A DNA stretch of 64,000 bases from an uncultured Gammaproteobacteria bacterium (lineage in GTDB: Bacteria > Patescibacteriota > Microgenomatia > Levybacterales > GWA1-39-11): NCBI GenBank assembly GCA_964651815.1, contig CAZYWG010000006.1, positions 23,259-87,258 of the forward strand, read 5' to 3'. The position numbers were made by a program, and so were the translations under genes. The first letter of the stretch is position 1. Each line of letters opens with the position of its first letter. This document shows, piece after piece, positions 27,596 through 37,133 of this stretch. The notes beneath the pieces are model-generated. The model was given only the letters and a program-made list of their open reading frames with translations. It made no database searches and had not been told where the DNA came from.

Positions 27596-28165
27596 ATGAT
27601 TAGCTTCCTCAATGGTAATATAATAATCCGCGATGATCCGTTTTTAATAATAGATGTAAATGGTGTTGGTTATAAAGTATATGCAACCTCAGATTCACTC
27701 TCGGAAGCAACGGTCGGCTCTCCTCTTAAAATATTTATTTACACGCACGTTAGGGAAGATATTTTAGATCTTTATGGATTTTCAAAATATTCAGACCTTA
27801 AATTATTTGAATCTTTAATTAACGTGTCAGGAGTTGGCCCCAAAACCGCAATTGGAATTTTTTCAGTCGGGACGTCAGACCAGATTAAACAGGCTATCTT
27901 TGAAGGGAATGTCTCTTTTTTTACTTCAGTTCCACGGCTCGGCTCAAAGAATGCTCAGAAGATTATAATTGAACTCAAAAATAAAATTGGTGGAGAAGGA
28001 TTGGATCTAGCAGACGTGTCTGCATCAAATAGAAGTGAAGTCTCCTCTGCTCTTAAAACTTTTGGGTTTACAACGGGTGAGATTAATGATGCACTCAGAA
28101 ATATTGACGGGGCGGCAAAAGCAGAAGAGCAAATAAAACTCGCGCTCAAATATTTAGGTAAATAA
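27596..28165 (+). CDS. ruvA: Holliday junction branch migration protein RuvA
   Basis: DVNGVGY, HVRED...[22 protein letters not shown]. Confidence 0.96.
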   Translation: MISFLNGNIIIRDDPFLIIDVNGVGYKVYATSDSLSEATVGSPLKIFIYTHVREDILDLYGFSKYSDLKLFESLINVSGVGPKTAIGIFSVGTSDQIKQAIFEGNVSFFTSVPRLGSKNAQKIIIELKNKIGGEGLDLADVSASNRSEVSSALKTFGFTTGEINDALRNIDGAAKAEEQIKLALKYLGK

Positions 28166-29202
28166 TGGACGACAAAAAACTAAAAGCTAAGGTTACTGAC
28201 GAATCAACGACTCCCGAAGAGGAGGTAATTTTTACTTCCCTTCGTGTTTCTGACTGGGCTGATTTTGTGGGGCAAGAACAAGTTAAACGCTCAATTCAAA
28301 TAGGGATCTCAGCAGCCAAAAAAAGAAAAGAACCGCTTGAACATGTTTTGCTTTACGGGCCTCCCGGTCTTGGTAAAACTACCCTTTCTCATTTAATTGC
28401 AAAAGAAATGGGCGCAAATATAAGAATCACATCAGGGCCTGCAATTGAGCGCGCCGGAGATTTGGCATCAATCCTAACAAATCTAGAACCCGGAGACGTT
28501 TTATTTATAGATGAAATTCATCGTTTAAATAAAGTAGTTGAAGAGACGCTCTATCCTGCAATGGAAGACTATGCGCTAGATATTGTCATTGGAAAAGGGC
28601 CAAGTGCCCGTACAGTAAGGCTTGATCTACCCCACTTTACAATAGTTGGCGCAACAACTCGCGCCGGAATGCTCTCAGGCCCATTGCGCGACCGTTTTGG
28701 TGTAGTTCACCGTATGGTTTTTTACGCACCTCCGGATCTTGAGACAATTATTGAAAAAGCGGCCAAAAAATTGAAAGTAAAAATTGATAAAAAATCGATT
28801 GGTGAAATTGCAAAAAGAGCACGCGGTACTCCCCGTATTGCTCTCCGATTGCTGAAACGATCAAGAGATTACGCGGAAGTCCATGGGGATGGATCTATAA
28901 CTTTTGAAATTTCAGAGAAAGCTCTAAGCCTAATTGAAGTTGATTCGTTAGGGCTCGATAATTTGGACCACAGATATTTAAAGTCGATAATAGAAAAACA
29001 CGGCGGCGGACCTGTTGGTGTTGAAACAATTGCTGCGTCTCTTGCAGAAGATACTGGGACAATTGAGGAAATGGTAGAGCCATACCTTTTGCAAATCGGG
29101 TTTATAAAACGCACGAATCGCGGCCGTGTTGCAACACCGGAAAGTTATAAGCATTTGGGGATAAAACAAAAAGGGAAAAGCGATCAGCCGAGTCTCTTAT
29201 GA
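28165..29202 (+). CDS. ruvB: Holliday junction helicase RuvB
   Basis: [40 protein letters not shown]. Confidence 0.98.
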   Translation: MDDKKLKAKVTDESTTPEEEVIFTSLRVSDWADFVGQEQVKRSIQIGISAAKKRKEPLEHVLLYGPPGLGKTTLSHLIAKEMGANIRITSGPAIERAGDLASILTNLEPGDVLFIDEIHRLNKVVEETLYPAMEDYALDIVIGKGPSARTVRLDLPHFTIVGATTRAGMLSGPLRDRFGVVHRMVFYAPPDLETIIEKAAKKLKVKIDKKSIGEIAKRARGTPRIALRLLKRSRDYAEVHGDGSITFEISEKALSLIEVDSLGLDNLDHRYLKSIIEKHGGGPVGVETIAASLAEDTGTIEEMVEPYLLQIGFIKRTNRGRVATPESYKHLGIKQKGKSDQPSLL

Positions 29203-29224
29203 GCTTGTATTCCCATCAAGCTAC

Positions 29225-29262
29225 TTGACAATGTATAACAAAATTGTATAAAATCGTTATAC
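29225..29262 (+). promoter_or_regulatory. TA operon promoter with inverted-repeat operator
   Basis: TTGACA(29225-30), TAAAAT(29249-54); inverted repeat GTATAAC(29233-39)/GTTATAC(29256-62). Confidence 0.65.
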
Positions 29263-29263
29263 T

Positions 29264-29509
29264 ATGCAATTAACAGTTGGCCCCAAATATCAAATAGTTA
29301 TTCCAAAAGAAGTCAGAAAAAAGCTTAATGGTTTAAAACCCGGCTCAAAAGTTATGGTTAAAAAGGTAGGCGCTGACACAATTATTATTCAAACAAACCC
29401 TAGAGACTGGATTGAGCGAACTCGTGGTATTGCTAAAGAAGCATGGAAGGGAATAAACACAACTAAATATTTGGAGGACTTAAGAAATGAATGGGATAGG
29501 AAGGCTTAA
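29264..29509 (+). CDS. AbrB/MazE-type antitoxin (VapB-like)
   Basis: TVGPKYQIVIPKEVRKKL.GLKPG swapped-hairpin motif. Confidence 0.9.
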   Translation: MQLTVGPKYQIVIPKEVRKKLNGLKPGSKVMVKKVGADTIIIQTNPRDWIERTRGIAKEAWKGINTTKYLEDLRNEWDRKA

Positions 29510-29909
29510 AATAGTTGGCTTAGATAGCAATATCTTCATTTATCAATTTGAAGATAATCCCGATTTTATTAAATTTACAGACTTAATTTTTAAAGACTTA
29601 GCCAATAATAAGAAGAAAGCGGTAACGAGTATAATTAGCGTGATTGAAGCACTTTCTTACCCCTCTCTGCCAAACGTGCTTGAGTCAATTGAAGATGCGT
29701 TCCAGTCTTTCCCAAATCTTAAAATATTTGGCATCGATAATGAAATTGCAAAAGATACAGCGAGAATTAGGAGAGAATATAAATATCGTTTGCCAGACGC
29801 TGTCCAACTAGCAACAGCAATACAAGGAAGAGCTCAAGCATTTATTACAAACGACAATAGGCTCAAAAAATTTAAGGAACTCAAAATTGTATTGCTTAAA
29901 GAAATCTAA
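29487..29909 (+). CDS. vapC: PIN-domain toxin (VapC-like)
   Basis: GLDSNIFIY, SVIE, LPDAVQLATA, FITND. Confidence 0.9.
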   Translation: MNGIGRLKIVGLDSNIFIYQFEDNPDFIKFTDLIFKDLANNKKKAVTSIISVIEALSYPSLPNVLESIEDAFQSFPNLKIFGIDNEIAKDTARIRREYKYRLPDAVQLATAIQGRAQAFITNDNRLKKFKELKIVLLKEI

Positions 29910-29949
29910 ATAAAGAAATATTCAAAGAGATTGAATATTTCTAACTCCA

Positions 29950-29991
29950 GTAAAACAAAAAGGGAAAAATGACCAACAGCCCTTGTTATAA
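29950..29991 (+). repeat. Displaced second copy of the ruvB 3' end
   Basis: 18-bp identity TAAAACAAAAAGGGAAAA (29162-79 vs 29951-68); reads VKQKGKNDQQPLL* versus ruv[14 protein letters not shown]. Confidence 0.8.
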
Positions 29992-30039
29992 GTCCAAACA
30001 GCATTGTATTTAAGAAAATTAGTGTTATAATTCTCCTCA

Positions 30040-30615
30040 ATGATAAGAGGCGTAGAACAGCAACAAACCCAAGTACCTGATGGTTGGAAAAATATTAATC
30101 CAATTGTAAGTAGACGCAGAATTCTCGGTTTAGGTGGTGGCACTGTTACAGCTCTCTTTCTTGCATCTTGTGGAGAAGCCGAACGCGATCCTACACCTAC
30201 TACAAAGTTTAAAGCATTGAGTACAAATCCTACAGTAGATTCATATTCAGGCTTTAGAGCAAGATACAAAAAGAAAGGTGAGGTATCTTTAGAGCAGCAA
30301 CCAATACGCGAAACATTTTTAGCAAATGGGAAGGAAATAGTTTTAGATTCAGACAAACAAACCTACATTTTCTTGCAATACAAAAATCTAGGTGATAAAA
30401 AAAATCCAAGAATAGTTCCAGCATTAAACATTGATGGTTCGGATAATGATAATGTTTATATTCTTCAGACAACTCCGGATCCAGACGGTAATATTGACAC
30501 AGATTTTATAGAAATCGATACTGGCTCAGGTAATAAATTGCAAGAAAGATATGTAAAAGTTACGCAGATACCTGAAACCAATAGTTTTAAAGTGACTGAG
30601 CTTAAGGCAAAATAA
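30040..30615 (+). CDS. Hypothetical lipoprotein-like protein with twin-arginine-like leader
   Basis: SRRRILGLGGGTVTALFLASC (RR motif plus lipobox). Confidence 0.7.
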   Translation: MIRGVEQQQTQVPDGWKNINPIVSRRRILGLGGGTVTALFLASCGEAERDPTPTTKFKALSTNPTVDSYSGFRARYKKKGEVSLEQQPIRETFLANGKEIVLDSDKQTYIFLQYKNLGDKKNPRIVPALNIDGSDNDNVYILQTTPDPDGNIDTDFIEIDTGSGNKLQERYVKVTQIPETNSFKVTELKAK

Positions 30616-30681
30616 ATCCCCGAAAAGAAATCCCTTGACATAAAATTAGCACCCGCATCTACAGACAGCATACTAATTAAT

Positions 30682-32385
30682 TTAGTAGTAAATATTGATA
30701 TTCCCCCGGTAGTTAACGGGGCACTCAAAACTATTCTCGAGGCAATTGATAGAACGGGTGTTAATTGGTGCCAAGTCTCCCCGCGCGCAATCACCTTTTT
30801 GTATATGTGATTCATTATCCATTATTGATGAGCTGGATGCATAGGAAATCACACGGTTTGGTAAAAAAAACTCTTCTTGCTCAAGAACACTGTGGTCATT
30901 CGTATGCAAGAGATTATCCGGCGAGACAAAGATGCAAAAGCCAGGATTATCAGGATATAGATTAGGGTTAGATTTTATAAAATTAAACGATTGCGTCAAA
31001 ACGTAGTTCTCCATGGTAAAGGGCCGGTTGGCTATTTGGAATATAAAAAAGTTGACAGTTTGGAATGCAAGATAAATAAGGATAAATGCAGAAAACGCTA
31101 TTTTAAGTTTGCGCTTCCTGAAGATGTCTATAAAAAATACAATTCCGAGTCCCGCAAATACTGAAGCTATAGAAAAAAGGGGGCTCAATCTATGGTCGGC
31201 GTTTATTAAATCAGTAATTGTACTATTGAAAAATGGCAAAATAAGTAATATCGCAATCAAGAAATTTAAAAAAGGCCTTTTTAAAATAAACAAGGCGTAT
31301 CCCACTCCAGTTATAAAGAAAATAGCAATAAGGGGAGAAAAAATCGGCTTCCATTCAGGATAAAAATATGAAGCAGGTTCATAAACGTAGGCCATAACAG
31401 ACTTAATATAATTTTGTTTAAGTGTTTCGATATTATGTAAAGTTGGCAATGTCACAGTTGTGAGATTTTCTTCATAAGTAAATCTGCTTGTATGGAAAAA
31501 ATCCTGAGTTGTTGTAGATAACAAGCGGGGCCCAAAACCAACCACTGTAAACATCACTAAGAAAACAATACTAAGAAGCGCCCTTTGTACTTGGGATTTT
31601 GATGTTTTTGCAAACGTTAACAGAATAGTTGCAGCAAGAATTAACAAACCAAAACTTCTAATTGCGGCGTGAAAGCCAAGGGAAAAACCTATAACCGCGC
31701 CCAAAAATACATAATCAATATAACGCATCCTTTTAGCTAGAATGTATAGTGGTATCAAGATTACGGGCACCCAGAAAAAATTGAAAGCAACAACTACTTG
31801 TGTGCGCGCAAAAAACATATGGAGAGGAAGTGTTGCGAGAATTAGCGCGCTCCAGAAAGCCACCTTTTTGTCGAGCGTAACACGTACAAGGAAGTATATT
31901 AGGATAACATCAATGGTCGAAAGAAGTGCAGCTGGGAATCTATACGTCAAAACACTGGCGTGAAAGATGTGATAAAAAAACCCAGAAATTACTGGGATAA
32001 TAAGTCCGTGTGCATCATAAGCTCCATATCCAAATATGTTTCTTATGGTGCCATCCATTATGCGTACTGCATATAATCCCCCATCACGAAGCTCATCAGA
32101 CAAGGAGACAAAAGGATATTGCGAAAGAAGAAAAAAGTTAACAATCTCAGCGATTATTATGATGACTATGATGGGCTGAATCTCCGCAGCTTTGACTTTT
32201 CTGATCTCAACTCTAAAATCAAACGTTTTAAAGTACAGAAAACAAAGCACGAGAAGTGAAATTATATGCAGCCAGAAAGTATACCAACGGAAAATAAAAT
32301 ACGTATCAATAGCACCCAGCGCAATCGACAAGACGTATAATCCCACACTAATTTCTATTAGAGTTTTAATAAGTTTTTTACTCAC
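30682..32385 (-). CDS. ArnT/PMT-like (GT-C) glycosyltransferase
   Basis: Many TM segments; SDE in first large loop, YRFPAAL, PLHMFFAR. Confidence 0.75.
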   Translation of the reverse strand: MSKKLIKTLIEISVGLYVLSIALGAIDTYFIFRWYTFWLHIISLLVLCFLYFKTFDFRVEIRKVKAAEIQPIIVIIIIAEIVNFFLLSQYPFVSLSDELRDGGLYAVRIMDGTIRNIFGYGAYDAHGLIIPVISGFFYHIFHASVLTYRFPAALLSTIDVILIYFLVRVTLDKKVAFWSALILATLPLHMFFARTQVVVAFNFFWVPVILIPLYILAKRMRYIDYVFLGAVIGFSLGFHAAIRSFGLLILAATILLTFAKTSKSQVQRALLSIVFLVMFTVVGFGPRLLSTTTQDFFHTSRFTYEENLTTVTLPTLHNIETLKQNYIKSVMAYVYEPASYFYPEWKPIFSPLIAIFFITGVGYALFILKRPFLNFLIAILLILPFFNSTITDLINADHRLSPLFSIASVFAGLGIVFFIDIFRKRKLKIAFSAFILIYLAFQTVNFFIFQIANRPFTMENYVLTQSFNFIKSNPNLYPDNPGFCIFVSPDNLLHTNDHSVLEQEEFFLPNRVISYASSSSIMDNESHIQKGDCARGDLAPINTRSINCLENSFECPVNYRGNINIYY

Positions 32386-32474
32386 AACTTATCATATACA
32401 TAAAACAAAAAAAGATAAAACTATATTTTGGTGACATTGGGGAACTTCAAACGTTATAATTGAGAAAGTTAAGG

Positions 32475-33182
32475 TTACACTACAAATTCCGCAAACATTG
32501 GATAATGGTCTGAGAACTTAATTCTTTCTGATTTAATGCTTTTTATCTCGCAATTTCTTGTAAATACGTAGTCTGTTTGGTGTGGAATTCTCCATTTTCT
32601 ATGAGTAATTACTCTTTTTTTATTACCTATTTCAAAACCGTGTTTGGCCATAAAACGTATTAAACCGCCGCGTCCTATAAGGCTTGAATAGTTATAGTCT
32701 CCTACAATAAGCGTTGGAATATCTAAAAAATTCAGAAGTCTTAGCGCTTCTATTGCCATTTCAAGCTGTTTTCGTCTCCTCCCATTTAGAGCCTGTGGTA
32801 AAAGATGGACGTTCACAACAATAAAAAGCTTTTTATCGAATTTAAAAACAGTGAGCAAGCTTCTCCATTTTGAGTTATGTCTTGAAATGAGTTTTGCAAG
32901 GATACTTGTCCCAAGATCCACAATTTGTGAGAAAACAAGGCTAATTTTTGCTTTATTGTATGCTGTAAGTTGTCCATATGTTACCCCCTTTTTTGTAAAA
33001 GAAGGCGCAAATTTATAGGAATATCCATGGAGGTCAAGGACTTTTTTGAAAGTTGGGAGCCTTCTATTGGGAATTTCTTGAAGACAGAGAATATCGGGTT
33101 TTGGATTAAGCTTCATAATCCACTCCCCTGCTTCGTCAAGCTTTTTTCCCCACGCAATATTATAAGAGATAAGTTCTAGTAT
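32475..33182 (-). CDS. Endonuclease/exonuclease/phosphatase (EEP) family protein
   Basis: SYNI, DILCLQE, VNVHL, GDYN, DYVF, SDHYP; start uncertain (ATA 33182 by promoter spacing, or ATG 33224). Confidence 0.85.
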   Translation of the reverse strand: MLELISYNIAWGKKLDEAGEWIMKLNPKPDILCLQEIPNRRLPTFKKVLDLHGYSYKFAPSFTKKGVTYGQLTAYNKAKISLVFSQIVDLGTSILAKLISRHNSKWRSLLTVFKFDKKLFIVVNVHLLPQALNGRRRKQLEMAIEALRLLNFLDIPTLIVGDYNYSSLIGRGGLIRFMAKHGFEIGNKKRVITHRKWRIPHQTDYVFTRNCEIKSIKSERIKFSDHYPMFAEFVV

Positions 33183-33235
33183 GCGTAAATTATACCAAAT
33201 TTGACTTGTAGTTTTCTTTTTCATAAAGTTTTAGT

Positions 33236-33922
33236 ATGGACGACCATTTTTTAACTCGTGAAAAACTCCTATCTGTACATAAACACCCGAATTTTAAATG
33301 GATAATTTTCTTTTTTGGGATAATCATTTTTTGTGATCTTTTATTTTTAAATTACAAACTCCTTAATGAACCAAAAAATATTTCGACGAATGTTTCAAAA
33401 CAAGTAAATTCAGACAAACAAGCAAATGATCAAGGTGTAAGTGTTACAAAACAAGAGGACACTTGTGGAGCTATTTGCATGAGTGAAATTAATAAGGCAA
33501 TTTCTACGCTTTCATCGCAAAAAACCTCGCAAGACCATGTATCCACAAACCCAACAGCTAAAGAATATTTTATTCCTTTTGGGACAGGCGCCATATCTTC
33601 AACCGACTGGCAGGATGTCCCAGGACTCCAAGCAACAATTAATGGGAGTTCATACGGCGTGATTAAGAGCGCGACTTTTGAAGTTTCAATCCATGTGCCA
33701 ACCGGAAATGAAACAGCTGAAGTCCAATTATTTAATGTAACAGCAGGGCATCCAGTTTGGTTTTCAGACTTAATTTTTTCGGGCGGTTCTACACCGCAAT
33801 TTTTAACTTCACCACCGGTTACACTTGACCCTGGAAGCAATTCATATAAGGTTCAAATGAAAACGCAGCTTGGATATTCTGCAAATCTTGATCAAGCTCG
33901 CGTACATATAACCACAAACTAA
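33236..33922 (+). CDS. Hypothetical membrane-anchored protein with C-terminal beta domain
   Basis: Single TM, CxxxC, beta-rich C-terminus. Confidence 0.75.
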   Translation: MDDHFLTREKLLSVHKHPNFKWIIFFFGIIIFCDLLFLNYKLLNEPKNISTNVSKQVNSDKQANDQGVSVTKQEDTCGAICMSEINKAISTLSSQKTSQDHVSTNPTAKEYFIPFGTGAISSTDWQDVPGLQATINGSSYGVIKSATFEVSIHVPTGNETAEVQLFNVTAGHPVWFSDLIFSGGSTPQFLTSPPVTLDPGSNSYKVQMKTQLGYSANLDQARVHITTN

Positions 33923-33988
33923 TTTCAAATACTTGATGATATTTTTAACCCTTGATTCTTAATTCGTAATTCATTATTCTTGTATCAA

Positions 33989-34519
33989 ATGGAAACGGCA
34001 ACTTTTGCAGGGGGATGTTTTTGGTGCACAGAGGCAATTTTTCAAAGGTTGAAAGGTATTGAGTCTATCATGCCCGGTTATTCTGGTGGAGACGTAGATA
34101 ACCCATCTTACGAGCAAGTTTCAGAAGGAACAACAGGACATGCGGAAGCAATTCAAATAGTTTTTAACCCTGAAATAATTTCCTTCGAAAAATTAGTGGA
34201 AATCTTTTTTCATCTTCATGATCCCACTACGCTAAATCAGCAAGGAAATGACGTTGGTACCCAGTATCGCTCGGCAATTTTTTATCATTCAGACGCACAA
34301 AAAGAGACAGCCCTGAAAATCCGCCAAAAAATAGAAGACGAGAATGTTTATAAAAATCACATTGTTACAGAAATTGTTGAGTTTAAGAATTTTTATAAAG
34401 CTGAAGATTATCACAAGAATTACTACAATAACAATCGAGAGGGAGGCTACTGCCGCGTAGTAATAGACCCTAAAATAAAAAAATTGCTTCGTGAATTTGC
34501 CACGGAAGTGAAAGAATAA
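33989..34519 (+). CDS. msrA: Peptide-methionine (S)-S-oxide reductase
   Basis: GGCFWC, GYSGG, GHAE, HDPT, GTQYRSAI, AEDYH. Confidence 0.97.
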   Translation: METATFAGGCFWCTEAIFQRLKGIESIMPGYSGGDVDNPSYEQVSEGTTGHAEAIQIVFNPEIISFEKLVEIFFHLHDPTTLNQQGNDVGTQYRSAIFYHSDAQKETALKIRQKIEDENVYKNHIVTEIVEFKNFYKAEDYHKNYYNNNREGGYCRVVIDPKIKKLLREFATEVKE

Positions 34520-34520
34520 G

Positions 34521-34550
34521 AAAACTCCGGAAATTTCTTCCCGGAGTTTT
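34521..34550. terminator. Bidirectional intrinsic terminator
   Basis: AAAACTCCGG-N10-CCGGAGTTTT between convergent genes. Confidence 0.8.
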
Positions 34551-34569
34551 TAAATTTACGTTTAAAAAT

Positions 34570-35076
34570 TTAATACCCTTGATTTGATGTAGGATTAGGA
34601 TTTGTAGAACCTTGTGTTCCGCTTGGCCGCACTCCGCGCATCATCTGTGGATTAATCGAAACGTTTTGAGCCGTGACGCTACCATCAGAATTAGATGTGC
34701 CAAAAACCGCTACATTTGTGCCTGTAGTCAAGTCACTTTTTGATGCAGTAGCCGTTTTGTTAATCATAGTTGATGATGATAGAACCACTATTTTAGTACT
34801 TCCATCAGTCATCTTAACAGTCAAGCTATTGTTGTCTAGCGAGACAATTTGCCCAATAACAGGCCTGTTGGTAGTATTTGCACCGCCAAAACCGCGCCCT
34901 CCAAATCTCATCATGCCTCCGGGTCCGTTCGCGCCCGCGCCGTTTAAACCCGCAAAACTTGGTGTTTGCATTTTTTGATATTGCATTCCGCCAAAAATAC
35001 CTATTGCTAGCGCAACAATTGCAACGATTATGATAACAAGTAAGTTATTCTTTGAACCGTTTTTTTCATTTGCCAT
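34570..35076 (-). CDS. Membrane-anchored OB-fold (DUF5666-like) protein
   Basis: TM, Gly-rich linker, GQIVSLD...TVK...DGSTKIV...V.V.G...DGSVTA; SD GAAAGGTGGTGA. Confidence 0.7.
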   Translation of the reverse strand: MANEKNGSKNNLLVIIIVAIVALAIGIFGGMQYQKMQTPSFAGLNGAGANGPGGMMRFGGRGFGGANTTNRPVIGQIVSLDNNSLTVKMTDGSTKIVVLSSSTMINKTATASKSDLTTGTNVAVFGTSNSDGSVTAQNVSINPQMMRGVRPSGTQGSTNPNPTSNQGY

Positions 35077-35102
35077 AAATTTTAATCACCACCTTTCAAA
35101 AT

Positions 35103-35210
35103 AAATTTCAAGATCTAAATTGCAAATCCCAAACCAATTTTTAATATTTAAGTATTAAATCTTTAAATATTTACTTGGTGTTTGATATTTGGTTTTTGTT
35201 GCTTAAATTT
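35103..35210. repeat. Imperfect ~108-bp palindrome of 7-bp units
   Basis: AAATTTC AAGATCT AAATTGC AAATCCC AAACCAA, central AATATTTAA/TTAAATATT, mirrored right arm. Confidence 0.6.
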
Positions 35211-36429
35211 ATTCATATCTAAGAGCCTCAATTGGACTAAGGCTTGCGGCCTTGCGAGCTGGATACCAACCAAATAGAATTCCAATTCCACCAGAAACGC
35301 CAAAAGCCAAAAGTATTGATTCAAATGACAAAACAAATGGGAGGCTAATTAGTGACGAGATAGTAAATGAAATGATAATTCCAAGTATCATTCCAAGAAG
35401 ACCGCCTGCGAAAGTCAAAATTACAGCCTCAACAAGAAATTGCGAAATAATCGTGTTGTTTTTTGCGCCTAGTGCTTTTCTTAAGCCTATCTCACGTGTC
35501 CTTTCGGTAACTGTGACGAGCATTATATTCATAATTCCAATCCCTCCAACTAAAAGAGAAATTGCCGCGATTCCTGAGAGAAGAGCCGTGAATGTTCCAG
35601 TTACGGAAGACGCTGCTCCCAGGATGTCGCTTTGCGAAAGAATTGAAAAGTCGGCTTTAGTTGGATCGGAAAGTTTATGCCGTGCAAGTAGCAAATATCC
35701 AACCTGATTTTCAGCGTCAGTCATAACATCCTGTCCTTTTGCGGCAACTGCAATATTTGAAAGATAATCCTGTCCAAAGACCTGCTTTTGAGCCGTCAAA
35801 AGTGGAATATATATAGAGTCATCCGGATTCTGAAATCCGCTTCCGCCTTTTGAGGCAGTTATGCCAACCACCCGGAAGGCAAGTTTGTTAATCCGAATTG
35901 TTTGACCAAGAGGATCAGACCCGTTAAATAGGTCGGATACAACTTGCGGCCCGATAACAGCAATTTTCGCGAGCGCCTGATTGTCTTGAGAAGTTATAAA
36001 CACGCCCTCAGAAAGCGTTACATTGTGAACAGTTGCATACGAGTCGATAGCCCCAATGACAGTAATATTTGTATTACTTCCAGCAGCAGATACTTGTGCT
36101 CGGCGCGACATTTCTGGAGAAACAGCTTTGACGTCTGTCACTTGGGTAGATGTTGAAAGCGCTTTCGCGTCATCATAAGTTAAAGTTTGATTAGAACCTG
36201 CACCCGCATTTATTCCACCCGTTGTTTGCGCGCCCGGTAAAATTGTCAAAAGGTTTGATCCTAGAGACTCGATTTGAGAAGAAACTTGTTTTTGGCTTGA
36301 TTGGCCTAAAGAAACGAGCGCAATAACGGAACCAATTCCAATGATTATTCCAAGAGTCGCAAGAGTAGTCCTTAACTTGTTTAGGCTTAGTGCTTCAAGT
36401 GCTGACAATATTAACTCATTAAAATCCAT
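35209..36429 (-). CDS. MacB-like ABC transporter permease
   Basis: TLGIIIGIGSV, GGIGIMNIMLVTVTERTREIGLRKALGA, GWYPARKAASLSPIEALRYE. Confidence 0.95.
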   Translation of the reverse strand: MDFNELILSALEALSLNKLRTTLATLGIIIGIGSVIALVSLGQSSQKQVSSQIESLGSNLLTILPGAQTTGGINAGAGSNQTLTYDDAKALSTSTQVTDVKAVSPEMSRRAQVSAAGSNTNITVIGAIDSYATVHNVTLSEGVFITSQDNQALAKIAVIGPQVVSDLFNGSDPLGQTIRINKLAFRVVGITASKGGSGFQNPDDSIYIPLLTAQKQVFGQDYLSNIAVAAKGQDVMTDAENQVGYLLLARHKLSDPTKADFSILSQSDILGAASSVTGTFTALLSGIAAISLLVGGIGIMNIMLVTVTERTREIGLRKALGAKNNTIISQFLVEAVILTFAGGLLGMILGIIISFTISSLISLPFVLSFESILLAFGVSGGIGILFGWYPARKAASLSPIEALRYE

Positions 36430-36437
36430 ATTTCTTT

Positions 36438-37127
36438 TTATTTTTTGCCGTTTTTCTTATCGGAAATTATTTTGCCATCTTTAAAGGTTATTATCCTTTT
36501 TGCGTTTTCCGCAATATCAGGCTCATGGGTAATCATGATAATAGTGTGTCCATCACTGTTTAATTTCTTGAAAATTCCCATTATTTCTTCTCCTTGCGCA
36601 CTTGCCAAGTTTCCCGTAGGCTCATCTGCCAAAAGCAACGCCGGGTTCATTACAAGAGAGCGTGCTATTGCAACTCTTTGCATTTGTCCACCAGAAAGTT
36701 GATTGGTTTTATGTGTGATACGGTCGCCAAGACCTACGAGCTCAAGATATTTTTTGGCCACCTCTTCTCTTTTTTCCTTGTGGATTCCGGCATAAACCAT
36801 AGGAAGCATTACGTTTTTTAATGCGCTTGTCCTGGGGAGTAGATTAAAAGCCTGGAAAACAAATCCTATTTTCCTATTTCTTATGTCGGCAAGTGCATCT
36901 TGTGTTAGTTTTGAAACATCCTCTCCATCAAGCGTATATGTTCCTGAAGTTGGTGTATCAAGTGCGCCAAGCATATGCATTAATGTGGATTTTCCACTTC
37001 CAGAAGGCCCCATTATGGCAACAAATTCGCCCTTCTGAACACTAAAAGAAACGTCTGACAAAGCAGCCGTTTCAGTTGTTCCGGTAGTGTATGTTTTTGT
37101 AAGGTGGGATACATGAATTAATGTCAT
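36438..37127 (-). CDS. ABC transporter ATP-binding protein (LolD/MacB-like)
   Basis: GPSGSGKS, LSGGQ, LLADEPTGNL, ITH. Confidence 0.96.
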   Translation of the reverse strand: MTLIHVSHLTKTYTTGTTETAALSDVSFSVQKGEFVAIMGPSGSGKSTLMHMLGALDTPTSGTYTLDGEDVSKLTQDALADIRNRKIGFVFQAFNLLPRTSALKNVMLPMVYAGIHKEKREEVAKKYLELVGLGDRITHKTNQLSGGQMQRVAIARSLVMNPALLLADEPTGNLASAQGEEIMGIFKKLNSDGHTIIMITHEPDIAENAKRIITFKDGKIISDKKNGKK

Positions 37128-37133
37128 ACATAT

